Origin: Phoronis australis
Lineage: Eukaryota > Animalia > Phoronida
Assembly (NCBI GenBank): GCA_002633005.1
Contig: NMRA01000206.1
Span: forward strand, 142,092 to 206,091
DNA: 64,000 nucleotides
Reading direction: 5' to 3'
The translations under genes and the position numbers were made by a program. This document shows positions 26,549-41,029 of the stretch, in pieces (the first letter of the stretch is position 1; the number at the start of each line of letters is the position of its first letter). The notes under the pieces were generated by a model. That model had not been told where the DNA came from. It searched no databases and worked only from the letters and a program-made list of their open reading frames with translations.

Positions 26549-28715
26549 TTTGACTGACTTGTAAACAAACACAAACGACAACCGAAATTAACACAACCGA
26601 GGTAGAACACAGTCAGATTATATGAAAACGAAATGGAGGGAAATTCTTGACCCCCTAAACGTCACTTCCGTTGTAAGTCATGACTAATTAAAAAAATAAC
26701 GAGAATCCGCTATCAACTGAAACAAATGCCTGGGATAATCAACTAACCGTATTTTTACTAAAAATGACATCAAAAGAGGTTGCCTTCCCTTTAACTATTA
26801 AGAGATTCAAGTGTTGGTTTCTTGTGTCTCTCTTGTCACTGGTGAACGTCGTCTTCGGCAAATCAGCGTGCAGGAGGGAGATCTCCTCACCAAGTCTCCG
26901 TCAAATGGCTAAACCGATAAGCGCCGTCTTGAGGCTAAGTGACGAGGTTCTGGTCTTGGAGTCTTATTTCAGCAAATGTTCAGTAGAAATCGGCGACAAT
27001 TGGCTCCCACTCCAACAGTAATTGCAAGAATGCACTTCAGGTCGTCGTAAAAGCGGTAATGACCTTTTAACGTAACACTGTGACAATCTTTTGACTCGTC
27101 GCAGACGTGCTTGCAACATACATGTAATCCCTACTGTTACTCAGACGAGTGTCGGTATCATTGTTAACGCAGTCGTATTTAGTACCACACCCATTACTAT
27201 ATACCTTCAATAAAGGACTGAAAAAGGGCATCTCAACTTTCAGGAAATGATAATCACGGTGTTATTTGATGTTCGCAAAATTTTGCCAAATAAAACATTA
27301 TAAATACATGTATTTGCTGCAGGTATTTTGATGATAAAATGGTTGTGAGAAAAATAATACATGTATCAGACGCGAACAAGACATCTTTTTTGGAGAACTC
27401 ACCTTTTCAGCAAAGATGCAAACGAGAACGATCACATTACCGGATGTACACATACTTATGCAAGTATATGCCCAATTTTTCATTTCAACAAACAAGAAGG
27501 TCTCAGAACCGTGTAGTGTCAGAGTTTTGGACTGCTACCTTGTTGATGGACCACTTGGTAAATTAAAAGTAGTTAACATACGTTTTGAGTCGACTTCTAT
27601 AACAAGTTAATGAACAAGAATAACATCTCCTCAAACCAGAGGTGTGACAATGCAATTAGGAAGCTGCGTAGCCACACCCTTTTGCGTCTTGGCAATTGCG
27701 ATCAGTGGTTGAGACATTTGTTGATTTTCGGTTTTAATCTTGTTATGATGGTGGGCTTAAAATAGAGTACGTGAAATAGGCCAAAACGTATTTACAGTGT
27801 CACCATAAACGCCTCATGAGATTACATGCAGAACTCGCGTATCGTCAGGGGCGTGTCGAACAACCCCTTTGTGTCGCTACTTTAGCAATAATTTAAATTG
27901 CATTGAGCAGGCTAAAGACAGGTGATTTGATAAGGACTCTTCCCTCTGAAATTGTCATGCGACTTAAGATTATCCAATTTTGACTGAGATCAAGCGCCTA
28001 GTAACTTAAGTCCGACAAAAATAGCGAAGACCAAGTGCAATATTGATTATATATCACATTATACCTTCAAAAATTCTGCTCGGAAATTTCGCCCATCAAA
28101 GCTATTTAAAATCCGAACAATTACACTGTACCACGGGTAGGCGTAAGTTACAACCTACATGTAGGTGTTCCAGAATAGCTACACTCATTTGCAGCCTTCA
28201 GTGTGACGGTGATTCACCGATCCTTGCTTACATGCACATCACGCGGTTATGGAGACTGACGCGAACTTGTGTGGTCGACGTAAACATTCATGTCGATCGT
28301 CATGTTTTCTCACCACACAGATCAACAGTATCGATGCCAATGTTGGAAATGAAAAATTAACTTACTTGACTTTATCCTTCCTCAAAGCCAAGAGAATCAA
28401 ATGCAGCCGGACCTGATCGATTGTCGTCTTATGTGACGGTGTCTGCCGATGCTCATGGGTGTAAAACTCTAGCTGCCTTTCAATCTGTTCCGGGTGCTTG
28501 GTTACATTGTCATATTCTATTCCGGGTTAGTCATACAGACACGCTGTTTTGAAACCCATCCTTTCACCGAGCCATGACACACTGTACGTTTTAGTTTTAA
28601 CCTTACACAGTTCACGTACGCGTACGTTATACTCGACTGAACACAGAAATGGAACTATAACGAAGCCAATGTCCGGTTATATGGAGCGCGGGGCCGGAGG
28701 ACAACAAAGCTCTCC

Positions 28716-28869
28716 CGCCTCCCGTTCAGTAACGCTAGGACCTCGCTAAAAAGCAATACTTCGCGAGATTGCGTGAGATATTGGCGTGCATTTTAAATGA
28801 GAGCACGTGACTTTGACTAGGTTTTAGCTAGGTCCTAGCCTAGGTCCTAGCGTCTACTGAACGCACGCC
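28716..28869. mobile_element. ~150-bp hairpin MITE
   Basis: cgttcagtaacgctaggacct vs aggtcctagcgtctactgaacg. Confidence 0.7.
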
Positions 28870-29235
28870 TGATTTGTCTGTATTTGTGATTTGTTGTACG
28901 AACACCGACATTTCTTTACGCTGACTCACGGTTTGTTAGATTGAAGTGTTACTTGTGTTATGTTGGCATACCTGCATTATCACGTAGAAAATGAATCTGA
29001 AACTAAATAAGGCGATTCAGATCCTCCCAAGGATACTATTGTTTCACTGTCCATCATAACAACTGCTGATTCTTTATCAGCTGGTTTAATTATGATTTCT
29101 TTGCTTGTAGCGAGATTTGTGAGGGCATATTTTTCGGACTTAGTAATATTATATTTGTAGTTTTGCTTTTTGTAAGTCATAACGTCATTAGTAATAGCTT
29201 CAATAAGATTTTCGAGGGCATGGTTTTGACTTTTA

Positions 29236-32200
29236 CAGCACACATCACGAATTTTTGTCCGACCGGTCGGAAATTGGACAACGACCAGCCGTCGACCGGT
29301 CGTCTAGCCGACCAGCAGCCGACCAACAACGGTCGGCTAGGAGCCGTCTGCTGAGTCGCCTCTGTGGTCGGCACTTGGGTCGGTTAAATGGTCGCCTAGC
29401 GTAGACGACCAATTCGGATTAAGCGTGTCCTTGGTCGGCAATTACCATTTTATGACTTAGCGGGTGAACTTTGGACAAACAAACATTTAACTGTTCGCTG
29501 TTCGTTTACTAGTGGCAACTCCAGTCTTGACATAGGTTTATCAAGTTGTGTTTAACTACTGAATGGAGGTAGATTCGAATCAACCAACAAATACGAAGTG
29601 CTTGACATTACACCAGCCTAAAACTTTATGTTGAATTAATGACGGGGTGGTAAAATCAAACGTTAAGTGATATTGCGGAAGCATAATTTATAAATTTAGA
29701 TATGATATACAGTACATTATGCACAAAAACAAGCACGGAATTTGAAATTTACAGTAAAATTGCATAAAAATCCGAATACAACACTGGATATTTTACGACC
29801 TCAAGTGTTTTCATGCAGCGGAATGCTCAACAAGAAATTTTACTTAAGCAGAAATTAAAACAATCCAATACATTGAGATTGTTTTCACACAGAATACCAA
29901 AGAGCAAATAGACCAAATTTCACCACGATAATTTATCAAGTAAGGACCAAAAATTCTTCACTTCAGGATCAAAATAAAATACGACCGAACTGAAAATTTA
30001 ATAAGTCAGGTTCAAAAACTTACCATGTCAGTAACTTTCACGCCAGAACACCACGTCACCATCCCCAAGCATTGATCTTTCAAAGTGATAATGTCCGTAC
30101 TATACGTATAGTAAACAAGGGCTATATGTTCAACCTCTCGCCGACAACAGACATATTATCTTGGAAATGCGGTTGAATTTCTTTCGTCTAATCCACGTTT
30201 TACAATAGATGCCAATGTATACACATGTAGGTAGACACTGGATTGTCGTCATTGCATAATGGGTGATCACGTAGTCTCCGGGCATGAAAATAATTCTCCC
30301 CTGGCGTGACAAGTTTTCCGAACTGACGCAATAAATCCTGGTTGCCAATTGTTTTTGATTCTACAGAGATTTCAATTCCTGAAAATGTGTGTTCTGGATT
30401 TTTCCGCTTCAGCTTTCCATTCAGCTAACTAGTGCACAGCACAGTGTTTTTACTATCCCGTGGCGGCTCCGCTGCAACAAATCACTTCTGGTACAACCTT
30501 CCGTAAATGACGTTCGCATTTTGCACATTTCTTCAGGGTAACAGTTTTCCAAGAGCTATATATTCATGGGACAAGTTTCTGTTTGGTATTCAGTTTTATT
30601 TTCTGTCTCAGGTAGTCCTTGAGCTCATGCTCTGAATGTTTTGAAAACGCAACTCTTTATTTACTCAGGTACGCTTTCCTGCCCGTGGGCACCAACTCGC
30701 TGAATTCATCAACCAAACATTTATTTTTGAAAATGCCCTCAAAAGTGTAGTTAAAACACCATGTTGACCATAGTCGTCAGTGTAGAAAAGCGAAATGAAC
30801 AAATATGTACACACTGCTCAAAGCACTTTTGTGGACATACGGAAACGCCAACGTCTCTGTCTTACAACTCTGCGTGTGCTTGGCATTTCTGACAAAGCGT
30901 TCTCATGCTGGAAACTTTATTAAGACTGAGCACCGTTTCAAAAAAATTTATTTTTTCTTACAACTGAGCACAGAAGAATTATTCTGCGATTTCAGGACTG
31001 AAACGGAACCAAATCTCGAGTGGTGACTCATTAGAATGTGCAAAACTCGGGGAGGGGAGTGGGTGGCGATAGAAGCATGATTTTTTTTTATTTTCTCGCC
31101 AAACATGTAATTGCCACTTCTCATTCAGAGTCACTTACTACCTAAGGTGGCCAGATCATACGCTATCAATATCACCAGACGCTTTGCTTCTCAAAAGTGC
31201 ACCTTTGTTTATTTTCTATCATTTTTGCCATCGCAATCGCTTTACCAAAGGTTCACGCACATATGCGCGTAGAGACAAATACCTCTTCACCACGTATTCA
31301 CATCTTCCCGTTCACAATTGTTTTATTTTGCATAATTTGTCAATATGTTGCTGACAGAAAATATTTATTTTTGGAACAACGTGAACGACCATCTGATAGG
31401 GGATTGCGTGTATACATGTAACTGCCAGCCCGGATTTTAATGTCACCGATACATGAAAACGGAGTACGCAAACAGTGGTGTCACCGTCTTAGTTCGTGGA
31501 AATCGTAACCATAATATGATTTCGAAGTTAGAGCCATCGAAGTCCGTGGGTTTAGGGCGTGAATTCCGCGTCTGTACTGCAAAGGTCAATACTATGAAAA
31601 TAAAATCTCCGGAGTGAGAGCTCTTCGCGGTGTAACAACTCACTCACTAATCCATCATCATAGGCGCGTGATAGGAGACCGGTGAATAACTTAAAAAACG
31701 CAAAAATTTGCAGTTTGGCGTTACACAAACAAAATCTATTGCGGGCGAAGACTGCTAAAAATAGCTGCGTTTACAAAATGACTACAACTTTGTATTGACC
31801 GGGAAGCAACCAATCTAATACATCTTGTTAACGTCACGAGTCAAATTAAAGATCAAATGTAAATAAAACTTTCACGTTTTTCACCCAAAACTTGTTGCAT
31901 TGTCCATAATCCAATGTTTACTATTACCGCTTGCCTTCAACCTTCGAATTAGTGGTGTTACACAACCGACGTGAACTCATGTAACCGAGACAGTAAAACT
32001 AGGTTAATTTATTTGACCCTAACTAAGACGAATATGCATCGACACGCAAAGTGGTATCAGCCTGACAACCTATTACGCAACTGCTACTCAAGCCTAAAAA
32101 TAGCAGCCGACCAGCTGGTCGGCTGATGGCCGGTCGGCTGATGGCCGGTCGGCTGATGGCCGGTCGGCTGATGGCCGGTCGGCTGATGGCCGGTCGGCTG

Positions 32201-32409
32201 ATGGCCGGTCGGCTGATGGCAGGTCGGCTGAAGGGTCGGCTGAAGGGTCGGCTGAAGGGTCGGCTGGAGAGTCGCCTTATGAGTCGGCACTGCGGGCGGC
32301 TGCCGGTCGGCTAATTTTTAGCTGATCGGTCGGCTAATTTGCCGACCGGTCGACGGCTAGTCGTCAACCAATTTCCGACCGGGCGGACAAAAATTCGTGA
32401 TGTATGCTG
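29236..32409. mobile_element. 3174-bp non-autonomous TIR DNA transposon with CAG...CTG termini, TA TSD and GGTCGGC-rich subterminal repeats
   Basis: Left ta|cagcacacatcacgaatttttgtccgaccggtcggaaattgg; right ccaatttccgaccgggcggacaaaaattcgtgatgtatgctg|ta; TA at 29234-35 and 32410-11. Confidence 0.9.
32117..32267. repeat. Subterminal minisatellite: 15-bp (ggtcggctgatggcc) x~7, then 12-bp (ggtcggctgaag) x~3.5
   Basis: Direct observation. Confidence 0.95.
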
Positions 32410-33039
32410 TAGGTGGATTCCAATTGTTTTTTTTTTCTTGAAAGGATTAATGTCTAAAGGGGAGTTCTGGTTTTCATCTTTGGAGAGATGCTGCCAATCT
32501 AAGACGTCTAGCGAAAGTGTAAATATCAATTAGTAATTCATCTTCGTCAATGTTGGTTTTGGTAGGACAGAAGTTAAGTCCTTTAGAAAGTAGACTAACC
32601 TCACTATCAGTTAAGTTATGGTTAGATAAATTAACTACGTTGTTTGTTTCGCAGGTTATAGTTTTCCTAGTGATTTGTCTACGGAAGCTTCTGTTACGTT
32701 TGACTTTTCTATTTACGTTTGATTTTACTTTATTTCTGTTTCTGTTGACGAAGGACATTATTATATCCGAAGGTTTCAGTTGGTCCATTCTTGTTGTTTT
32801 ATTTACCTATTTGCAATACCACCCTATACCTGCCAACTTCACTTACTTCGTAATGGGTTTATGGGAATTCTACACTATGATTGGTCAGTTTTGTCACACA
32901 CAGCGGAGACTTGAAAATTGATATATGACAACTGTTTTGCCAGGTAACTTCACCTCATAACGGAAGACGTCATATCGTGTTTTAGACAATAAAATAGAGA
33001 CATCAGTACACATATAATGGACCGGTCACGAGGGCAATG

Positions 33040-34830
33040 CCTTGATCAACTCAGAAATGCTGACTGTGATTAACTTTGAAAAGAAGTTCTGTATAGCCGA
33101 TATCAATATTATTCAGAATCCCTTCATTTATAATCGTTGAGTTTATTAATAAACAGGTTGACGTAGGTCCGGGATGAGAAAAGTTGTGCTACTTATCGGA
33201 CTATCCAGTTTAAATAAATCTGAAATAAAGTGAATCCGTTAGACAACTATTGACCGATATTGCGCACGACAGTTAATTGGCTTACTTCAGGAATAACGAT
33301 ATCGTCTGGACGGAAAGAAATCCCTGATTTCGGTATTATATGGTTGTAGCAAAAATTATTCAATTGTTGTAGTACAAAAACATGCGCGTTTAATGGGTCC
33401 ATACACTAAACAGAGGGGCAAAGCAGTGTGTTATTCAAAACGATGTCACATCTAACTTTTTCGACACAGGGCGTGATTGCAGACAAGGTGATCTTTTATC
33501 GCCATACCTCTTTATTCTATGTTCAGAGATTATGGCCTGACTCGTTAGACTAGACAACAGTGTTAAGAGTATCCGGGTCGGATCGGTGGAATACAAACTG
33601 ATGCAGTATGCAGATGATACAGTTACATCTTTGGATGGCTCGGTGCAGTCGGAAATTAGTTCACTTTTTAAACCAATTTGTGAACTATTCTGGTCTAAAG
33701 CCTAATCTGGAAAAAAGAATTTGTATTTGGGTGGGTTCTGTGAATGGTAGCTATCAAAAATGTGTTGTGACGTAAAACTGAATTGGGCAACATCCGTCAG
33801 AATTCACTTGACTGGGTATTCAATTCTCCAGTGATTTATATAAAATTCCCGACATTAATTTTAACAGCAAGCTTGGTGAAATAAAGAAGGCTATAGACAT
33901 TTGGGAAAAAGAAACTTAACACTTTTTGGAAGAAAAACAGTTGGGAAATCGATAATTATGCCAAATCTTATTTTGAAAAGAGATCTTTCAATTTGTACAT
34001 GAATTCAGATTGCTAGTTCCCGAAAACGATGGTATTCATCATCCTCTATGGTTTACATGTACATTAATTCGAATATTCTAATATTGTCTGTTTTCTATAA
34101 AAATGGTTTCAAAAAGGCATATATCATGCCCATGACTTACTTAATTCTGATGGTTGTTTCCTTAATTATGAGGAGTTTATTTGACTTTACCTTCAAGTAA
34201 CTTTTTTCATGGTTTACGAAGCTCATTATATGCTAACTGGAGTCATCTCAGAGAGGGAAAGCATCAAGCAAAGAAAATTTACCACGTTATTGTCTCTCAA
34301 AATTGCGAATAAGCGAAGTGTCAAATGAAGTGTAGGGAAAAATTATATTTCTTGGACACTACAGAATGGTGGTACATTGATTATTCTTACATCTATTCAT
34401 TCACCGAAGATGTTTCTCTGTGATGGTTCCAGTTTAGACTGGTTCATAGAATTATACATCGGTGTAATTGATAAAAAAACAGTGCAGGTGGTCTGATGTC
34501 ATTTGCGGTGCATCAGACGTGCGCAGGCCTCATGGTTGGGCCCATTGCACAAAACAATAATTGATAGCTCATTGTGCACATTTTTCTTAGATGAAAGTGA
34601 ATCTATTGTCCATGTGTACTGGTTTTGTAACGTTACTCAACCGTTTTGGACTTATGTGAATACCTGGCTCAAAGATGCTGTTGGACATAGTTTAGAACTG
34701 TCCTTACAACCACTTTTGTTTGGTATTCAGGTGGAAGCGGTTTTACAAAGTATGGTTCTTTGCTTCAGCAAGTATCACATTTATAAACATTTATAAATTT
34801 GTGCCTTGCACTGGTTAAAAAGGAAGTTAC
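33040..34830 (+). mobile_element. Decayed Tx1/L1-clade non-LTR retrotransposon ORF2 (RT plus zf-RVT)
   Basis: CVIQND..FFDTGRDCRQGDLLSPYLFILCSE..YKLMQYADDT (~33430-33620); SLCTFF..ESIVHVYWFC..FW..LLFGI..KYHIYK (34560-34796). Many stops and frameshifts. Confidence 0.9.
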
Positions 34831-37800
34831 ATTGTACATTTGCACTGCTGAACGATAGTTTTACATAAAAAAATGAAGTACGGTGAATTTATAGTGCGCT
34901 GACCTTTTTGTTTATTATGAATAAGTCATAGGCTTTACTTGTATTAGATGTTGAATTGCCTTTATACATATCAGCACTGTAAGTTGACCGTAATCTGTTA
35001 ACTAAACAAAAGGCTTATTGTACTTTGTAATTGTGTGATCTGTGCCGTACCTATTATATTTAATAAAATTATGTGTGTTTATGAAATGTTTGTTAACTCA
35101 TCGGAATTACAAATACTCATTTGAGGTGGAAAACTGTCAAAATTAAATTCCTTTGTTGGCGGACGCCAAAAGTGATACATGTATACCCAAAGCTGCCGAA
35201 CCACTTGCGGTCAGTACACTCCATGGACATCAGGTTTCGATCGAATGATTGATATGGGCGCGGAAAGTGCAAATACAGTTATTTATTGTAAAATAAATCA
35301 TTTTTATCAATCTAATAATAGCCTATTAAATCAATTCATTCTCGTTTGATATGAAAATCAACCCAAAAGATGCGGATCTACGTGGGGTTCAGGGGCTTTA
35401 AACACGCGCTGGAACAGGATCAAAATTAAAAATTTTAAAAATGAAAACGAAATTAGCTACAAAAAACAAACAAAAAATTACGCGTAAGGGGGAAACCCCT
35501 TTCCGACCTCCCCCNCCCCCCCCCCCCCCCCGCTGGGCATTACGCACCTCTGATGCCAAACCTAATCAATGAGTGACCTGTTTGAATAATTTAGAAGTGA
35601 AGCAGTTGCTACTGATTACGAATACCGACGGCAATGAATATATGGAACTGCTCACAATGACGCAATTCGTTGACGAAGGACATGAATGGAGTACGAGTAT
35701 GTGTGCGGTAACCATTTAGGAGGCACTGAACAATTCTCACAGGGGTTTGCCTATCAGAACACACGTCAATGGACTCTTCACCCTTTCTTCGCTCTGTCAA
35801 AAACTGCATGCAAATAAAGAAAAGTGTTGAGTCATTTCATATCAAAAGCCCTACAGATGAGCACAGAAACTTCATTCTTTCTTGTATTTTTGACCCTTTC
35901 ACTCCCAGTGGAAACCAAGTCAGACTAAGAAAAGTAAGGGCAAAAAATGCAAAATCGGCACTTTTCACCCCAAAACCACCACTTCCTTGCCGTTGCTCGA
36001 CTAAAGCCAACATTAGATTCCGAAAGCAAATTTCCTAACGATTCCAAAAATGTGGTCCAAAAATACTGCCAACCAACTATTTTTTTTTGCAAATCTGGCA
36101 TGTTTGAGGGCTACGGGAAATCCGACGGCCCATTTCTCAGTTGCTACACAGGAATGCACAATTGCAACAGGGGGCCACCATCTTGAAAAAGAGTGTAGCT
36201 ACAGCCGAGAAAGTGGCCTCGTTTCATTCTCAGCATGTTCACAAATACAAACAAACCACCCTGAGCCTACATGCAGTGCCTACTGACAAAATGCACCCAA
36301 ACTTGGCCTACCCCAAAATGTGCAAATTTGCCGCGGCCGCAGCCTAACTGTTCAGTGCCACATTACTATTAATTATTGTGAAACATTTCCTTAATGGTAA
36401 TATAAGCTAGCGCCACCTACATTAGAGGGCAGGTACTGAACGTCTGCCTTTCAAGCAGGCTCGTATTTTCTTCACGTAAGCGTTGCGAAGTTAGCAATTT
36501 TCTGGTTAACACTTCAACAATCTCGGTCAAGTTAAAATATGCAGGAATTTTAGCATCGGTGAGTGCAAAGAAAATTTCAGAACGTTTTGCATCTCATCAA
36601 GTTATTTTATTTTTTTCTCTTGAATAAATAGTCTTTTTGCAGTGGTGTTCTTTGATGTTAAGCTGTTGAATATCTCCGATGTGACTGATTAATTTCATAT
36701 ACCACGTGCAGATGCTATCCTTTCGGCACTGATAGGATTTGTGCTTAAAATGTTCCACTTTTGAATGAGAGGGTATCAAATTTTGTATGACTGTTGAAGA
36801 AGTTGCGTAACAGGAAAACAAAATGGTAACTTAAAAAATTGTAACAGCCTTTTGGATATTTCCTCATGAATATTCATACCAAACGAAATTTGGTCACGTT
36901 GTTGATGGCGTTTTTTGCAATCAACGTACTTTGTCTTTTGCTAAGTTTTATTGAAAACTTGAAATTGAAATTATCTACTTGCAAAAAAGATGTGCTTTTA
37001 CTGACTTAAAAACTATTGATTTGTTTATTTTTGTATTTGGCTAAATACACAAACAAAAAGCTCCTACATTCACATAATTTTCAATTCAAAAATGAATTTT
37101 AAAATAGTGTCGTTGCCTGTCCACTATGCAATGAAGCGTTGTTTACAGCGTGCGTTATCAAAGTACGTTTAAAGGTGATGTCTTTCATGTGGACATTAAC
37201 CCACCCCGCTTTGTTTTCCACTTACGAGCATCCTCTCAGCCAAAACTCTCGAGTGTCTCCCATAGGCATTTTTGAACTTGGTGATTTAAATATTTACGTG
37301 ATGGGGACAGTGCATAACCATTAGAAAACTGTTTCAAGAAATGATCTTTAGAGAGCTGGTCTATGCTAAAAATATAAATCCGCATTCAAGTTCAAACGGT
37401 GGTGATTTAGACGTTAAGGTTATGCAGAACCTTATTGACAATTCAACATATTTTGCTAATGTATAAAATTATAGATGTTAACTCGAAAAAGATGTGTATT
37501 TTCTGAAAGTATAAAGTCTAGAAAAATCAGATATTATACTGTTTATAGCAGGTGTCATCTTCACTTGGAGTTTTCTCCCTTTTGTACATTGTACATTACC
37601 AATTACGCAGCGTTTGTTGAGCGGCCTCGGGTCATAGTAAACACTTTGTTATCGATAGCTTACATGTACATGTATCTTGACACGTTTTGGTTGACATGGG
37701 TTTCAATAAATATACTTACTACTTCATTCACCATCACTCGCACTCGCCGTTTGTAAGAATATAACAAATTTGGCACATGATCACACGAGCCTTGTGACGT

Positions 37801-40800
37801 GAATAATAAGCGCCTTTTTCTTAAATAGCACAAGCGACCACAGGTTATTTAGTGGACATTCGGGTGTGTTTTTAAGCAGTCGTTCAACGTTTCTCAATTT
37901 TTTTAAAATATGGGTTGCATTACATTTTCGACAATGGCGTTGGGTTTATTAACAATGGTAAGTCACCAGTTTATGAAAATGTCGTTTCGAAAAAATGTCA
38001 ATTACTTATAATAGTTATATAACTGATTAAAATGTTTTAGGAAAGGTTCCTTCATCAGTCATGGTACGTGTAGAAATGGCTTTGGCAAAATGTTGAATTT
38101 AACAAGTCCTATTATCACAAACATTAAAGGGTGCGAAGGGAGTTTATATACATGTACTGTACAGCATGCCATTTACACAGAATCTGTTCATTAATGGTCG
38201 GATAACACGTGCCTGAATTTTGAGAACCAGTTTTCTCTACTGAATATTTGGCATCAAACTGATTCTCAAACTACGGGCACGTTATATCCGACTATTACAA
38301 TACATATTTTCGTTGCAGGTCACGACTTCCGAAGCGCGTTACTTAAGTCGTAGTATCACTTGTGAGGTAATGTAATATGTTTGTATATTTTTGTTTTTGA
38401 TTAATGTTTTCTATTTGTAAAGAATCCACGAAGACAACCGACGGGAACTTATTAACCAAGCAATATAACAGATAATATCGCAGTGTACTGATATGAATCG
38501 CCAGGGTCGATGTATTGTCCGATGTCATGACGCAATATCTACCACGCTGAATGATACATTTATGTTAACATGCATCGACGCTAAACTTTTTTTAACAAAT
38601 AAAAACCCATGCCAGCATTTTGGCCAATTTTTATGGTATGTCTTCCGTGAAAGTAGGAGTTCACGCTAACTTTTCACAAGTAATTCAATTTCACTTAACG
38701 GAAATGAAATGTTGTCAAAGGTGTGAGTTCGAATTTATGGATGTGTCCCCATGTGCTTTCCATTGCTTTTTTAACATGGATAGTTTCTTGGTATAGTAAA
38801 ATGTACCCCGTAGACTCAATTCCAGACGAAAGGAGTTTCCAGGATCAGGTAACAAGTCTTTTAGTGTTAAAAAGTTCTTGCAATCTTTTGTTGACGCTCA
38901 CAGGTCGTAAACCAAGTGTGTATCCGGCATTACAGTAAGCACACTTCCCTTGGTAAGCACAACAGACACAATGGCATCGTATTTAGCCTAACGTTTATCG
39001 TATTTTTTGTGAACTCATGACTATCACATTTTTAAAGGAGAAGTCAATTTTGGAAGCCAATTTTATACAAAAACACCCGTTTTAGTCCACGATAGTTTGA
39101 TTTATTTCAGCCTTTGCCTGGGAGTCATCGCCAATGCTATAATTGCCCTGCTCCACATAAAGGAGGGAAACCAAAGTTACTGATGACGACGGGTTCTCCC
39201 TACCAGTTTAATTGCAATTTGTTAATGACATTGTGTTGGAAGGAACTAACAGCACACATTTTTTTGCGGGCAGGTTGAAAGATTTTTGCTGGTGCAACAA
39301 CAAAATGTCGCCTTTGAGAAAGGCGAGCCAATATTTTAAAAGAATGGCGTATGGTCCCGTGTTTTAAACATCTTAAAAGCTGAAAACTATCAGCGTTCCT
39401 ATGATGTCAAACCTGTCTGAAATAGTGGTAGCAACTGATCCAATCATGACGGATATACGTAAACATGGGAGGCCTATCTGGGGAAATACTGGCACTCTGC
39501 AAGGACATGATCATTTTGCTCAAACCGGGTCTCCGTCAATAGTTTAAAATGAAACTTGCACACTAATTCCTTATCTCTGTGATTGCTTGCTCTAATTAGG
39601 TAGAAACACAACACATAGCGACGTTGTGAACATGAAGTAGGTTGAAAATTGCCAAATGTTTTTAAGTACGAGTTTAGTGTTGAAACAGAACCGCCGTAAA
39701 TCACTCAACCGTGTCCAGTAAGTATCGTGACGTCATGTTGAGGAAAACACTGCATGATGTGAGTTACATTATCCCCCAAGCTACGTCATTTGTGCAAAGG
39801 TCACCTATTTGCAGATGTTTTTGTTTTCACATTTACAAGTTGTCAGTGATTACAACTGCACTTTGTTTAGCGTAGATGATGTTTAAATGGCATTGTCGTT
39901 TAGTTCCTGCTATATATTAGCATAGTTAGGAGTATGCAAATACATCTTTAAATGGGCAATAGTCCTAAAAATTCTGAATATCGGCTATTCGGATTACAAA
40001 GACGTGAACTTTCTCTTTCATTATCATTTAAGATAAAATATCATTTAAAATTGCTATTTTGTCAATGTTCGTTAGTCCGAAGCACATATAATTACATACA
40101 GAGGTTGGATATTCTACTCTTAGTGGACGTGAAGCCCCGTGTCTCATGAGTCGCCATTTTTGGGGTTGCAGCTAGCTGTCAACAGCACGCGTGGTTATAC
40201 GTACATGTATAGGCAGATAACGGAATTTGGTATATTAACCCTTTTGCAACATCGCATAAAAAGCGTATAATAAACATGGCTGACTTCAAAGTTGGCCGTT
40301 TTTGCTCCATGCAATCCACTATCAACGAAACCTTGTTCACATTAATTAGATATATACTGTGCTTTCTTAAGAATATAGAACCGGCCCATTCCACATGAAA
40401 TTCGGTTGCGTGTTTTGCATGTTCTTTACCAGCTGTTCTGATGATCCGATGACCGCAGCCATAGTCGACTAGTCGCCAGTTCTCGAAAATTGTCTACCTC
40501 CAGAGTTCAACTTAACGTAGCTTTTGAACTCACACATCATCATGGAACCAGCCCCAGTTCTTTGAAAAGAGATGTTTTCAACAAGACACAATAATAACAC
40601 CACAGTGGGTATCCTCACGCTTAGATGCAAGTCGCAAGTAAAACATTACAGTCAGAATACAGTTCTTCGTGGCAAACTACAGAGGGGTATAGTTACATTT
40701 ACAAACAATATCGTGCTTAGAGATAGTTAAGAATTTTTCTAAGCTGGCGCACGTCTTAACATGATTTTTAATCTCAACCTCTTCGTTTCCAAAACGTAGG

Positions 40801-41029
40801 GCTACGCTGCATCTACAGGTGTCAAGACGCTTTACAAAATATAATACGAGGTATTAACACATTGCTAAACATGTATTGTGCACTGTGTCCTCGTCAAATA
40901 AATTCAATAATAATAATGATGATCCACTCGGGCTCTAGATTTCGGGAGATAACGACTTCGCCATGTAATAATCTAATAGCGTGTCATCCATGTCGTTGTT
41001 GGCTGTGACGTATTCTCGCTAGTCCTTGA

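Larger units (their letters stand above)
28980..32800 (-). mobile_element. Penelope-like retroelement N-terminal ORF relic, split by the 29236-32409 insertion
   Basis: 32788-32412: VVNLSNHNLTDSEVSLLSKGLNFCPT..FARRLRL..NPFKKK; 29233-28980: KSQNHALEN..NITKSEKYALTNL..IIIKPADKESAVV. Removing the insert and one TA restores WNPPKSQNHALEN. Confidence 0.85.

Noticed and set aside
32117-32267. Regular GC-rich repeat array as a possible CRISPR array or repeat protein (MAGRL/HQPTG ORFs)
   Set aside because: The units are contiguous with no unique spacers, there are no cas genes, and the array lies in a transposon subterminal region.
34463-34566. Small insertion in the Tx1 relic flanked by taattgata
   Set aside because: The flanks are AT-rich and the inverted ends only 5 bp, so it cannot be distinguished from decay or chance.
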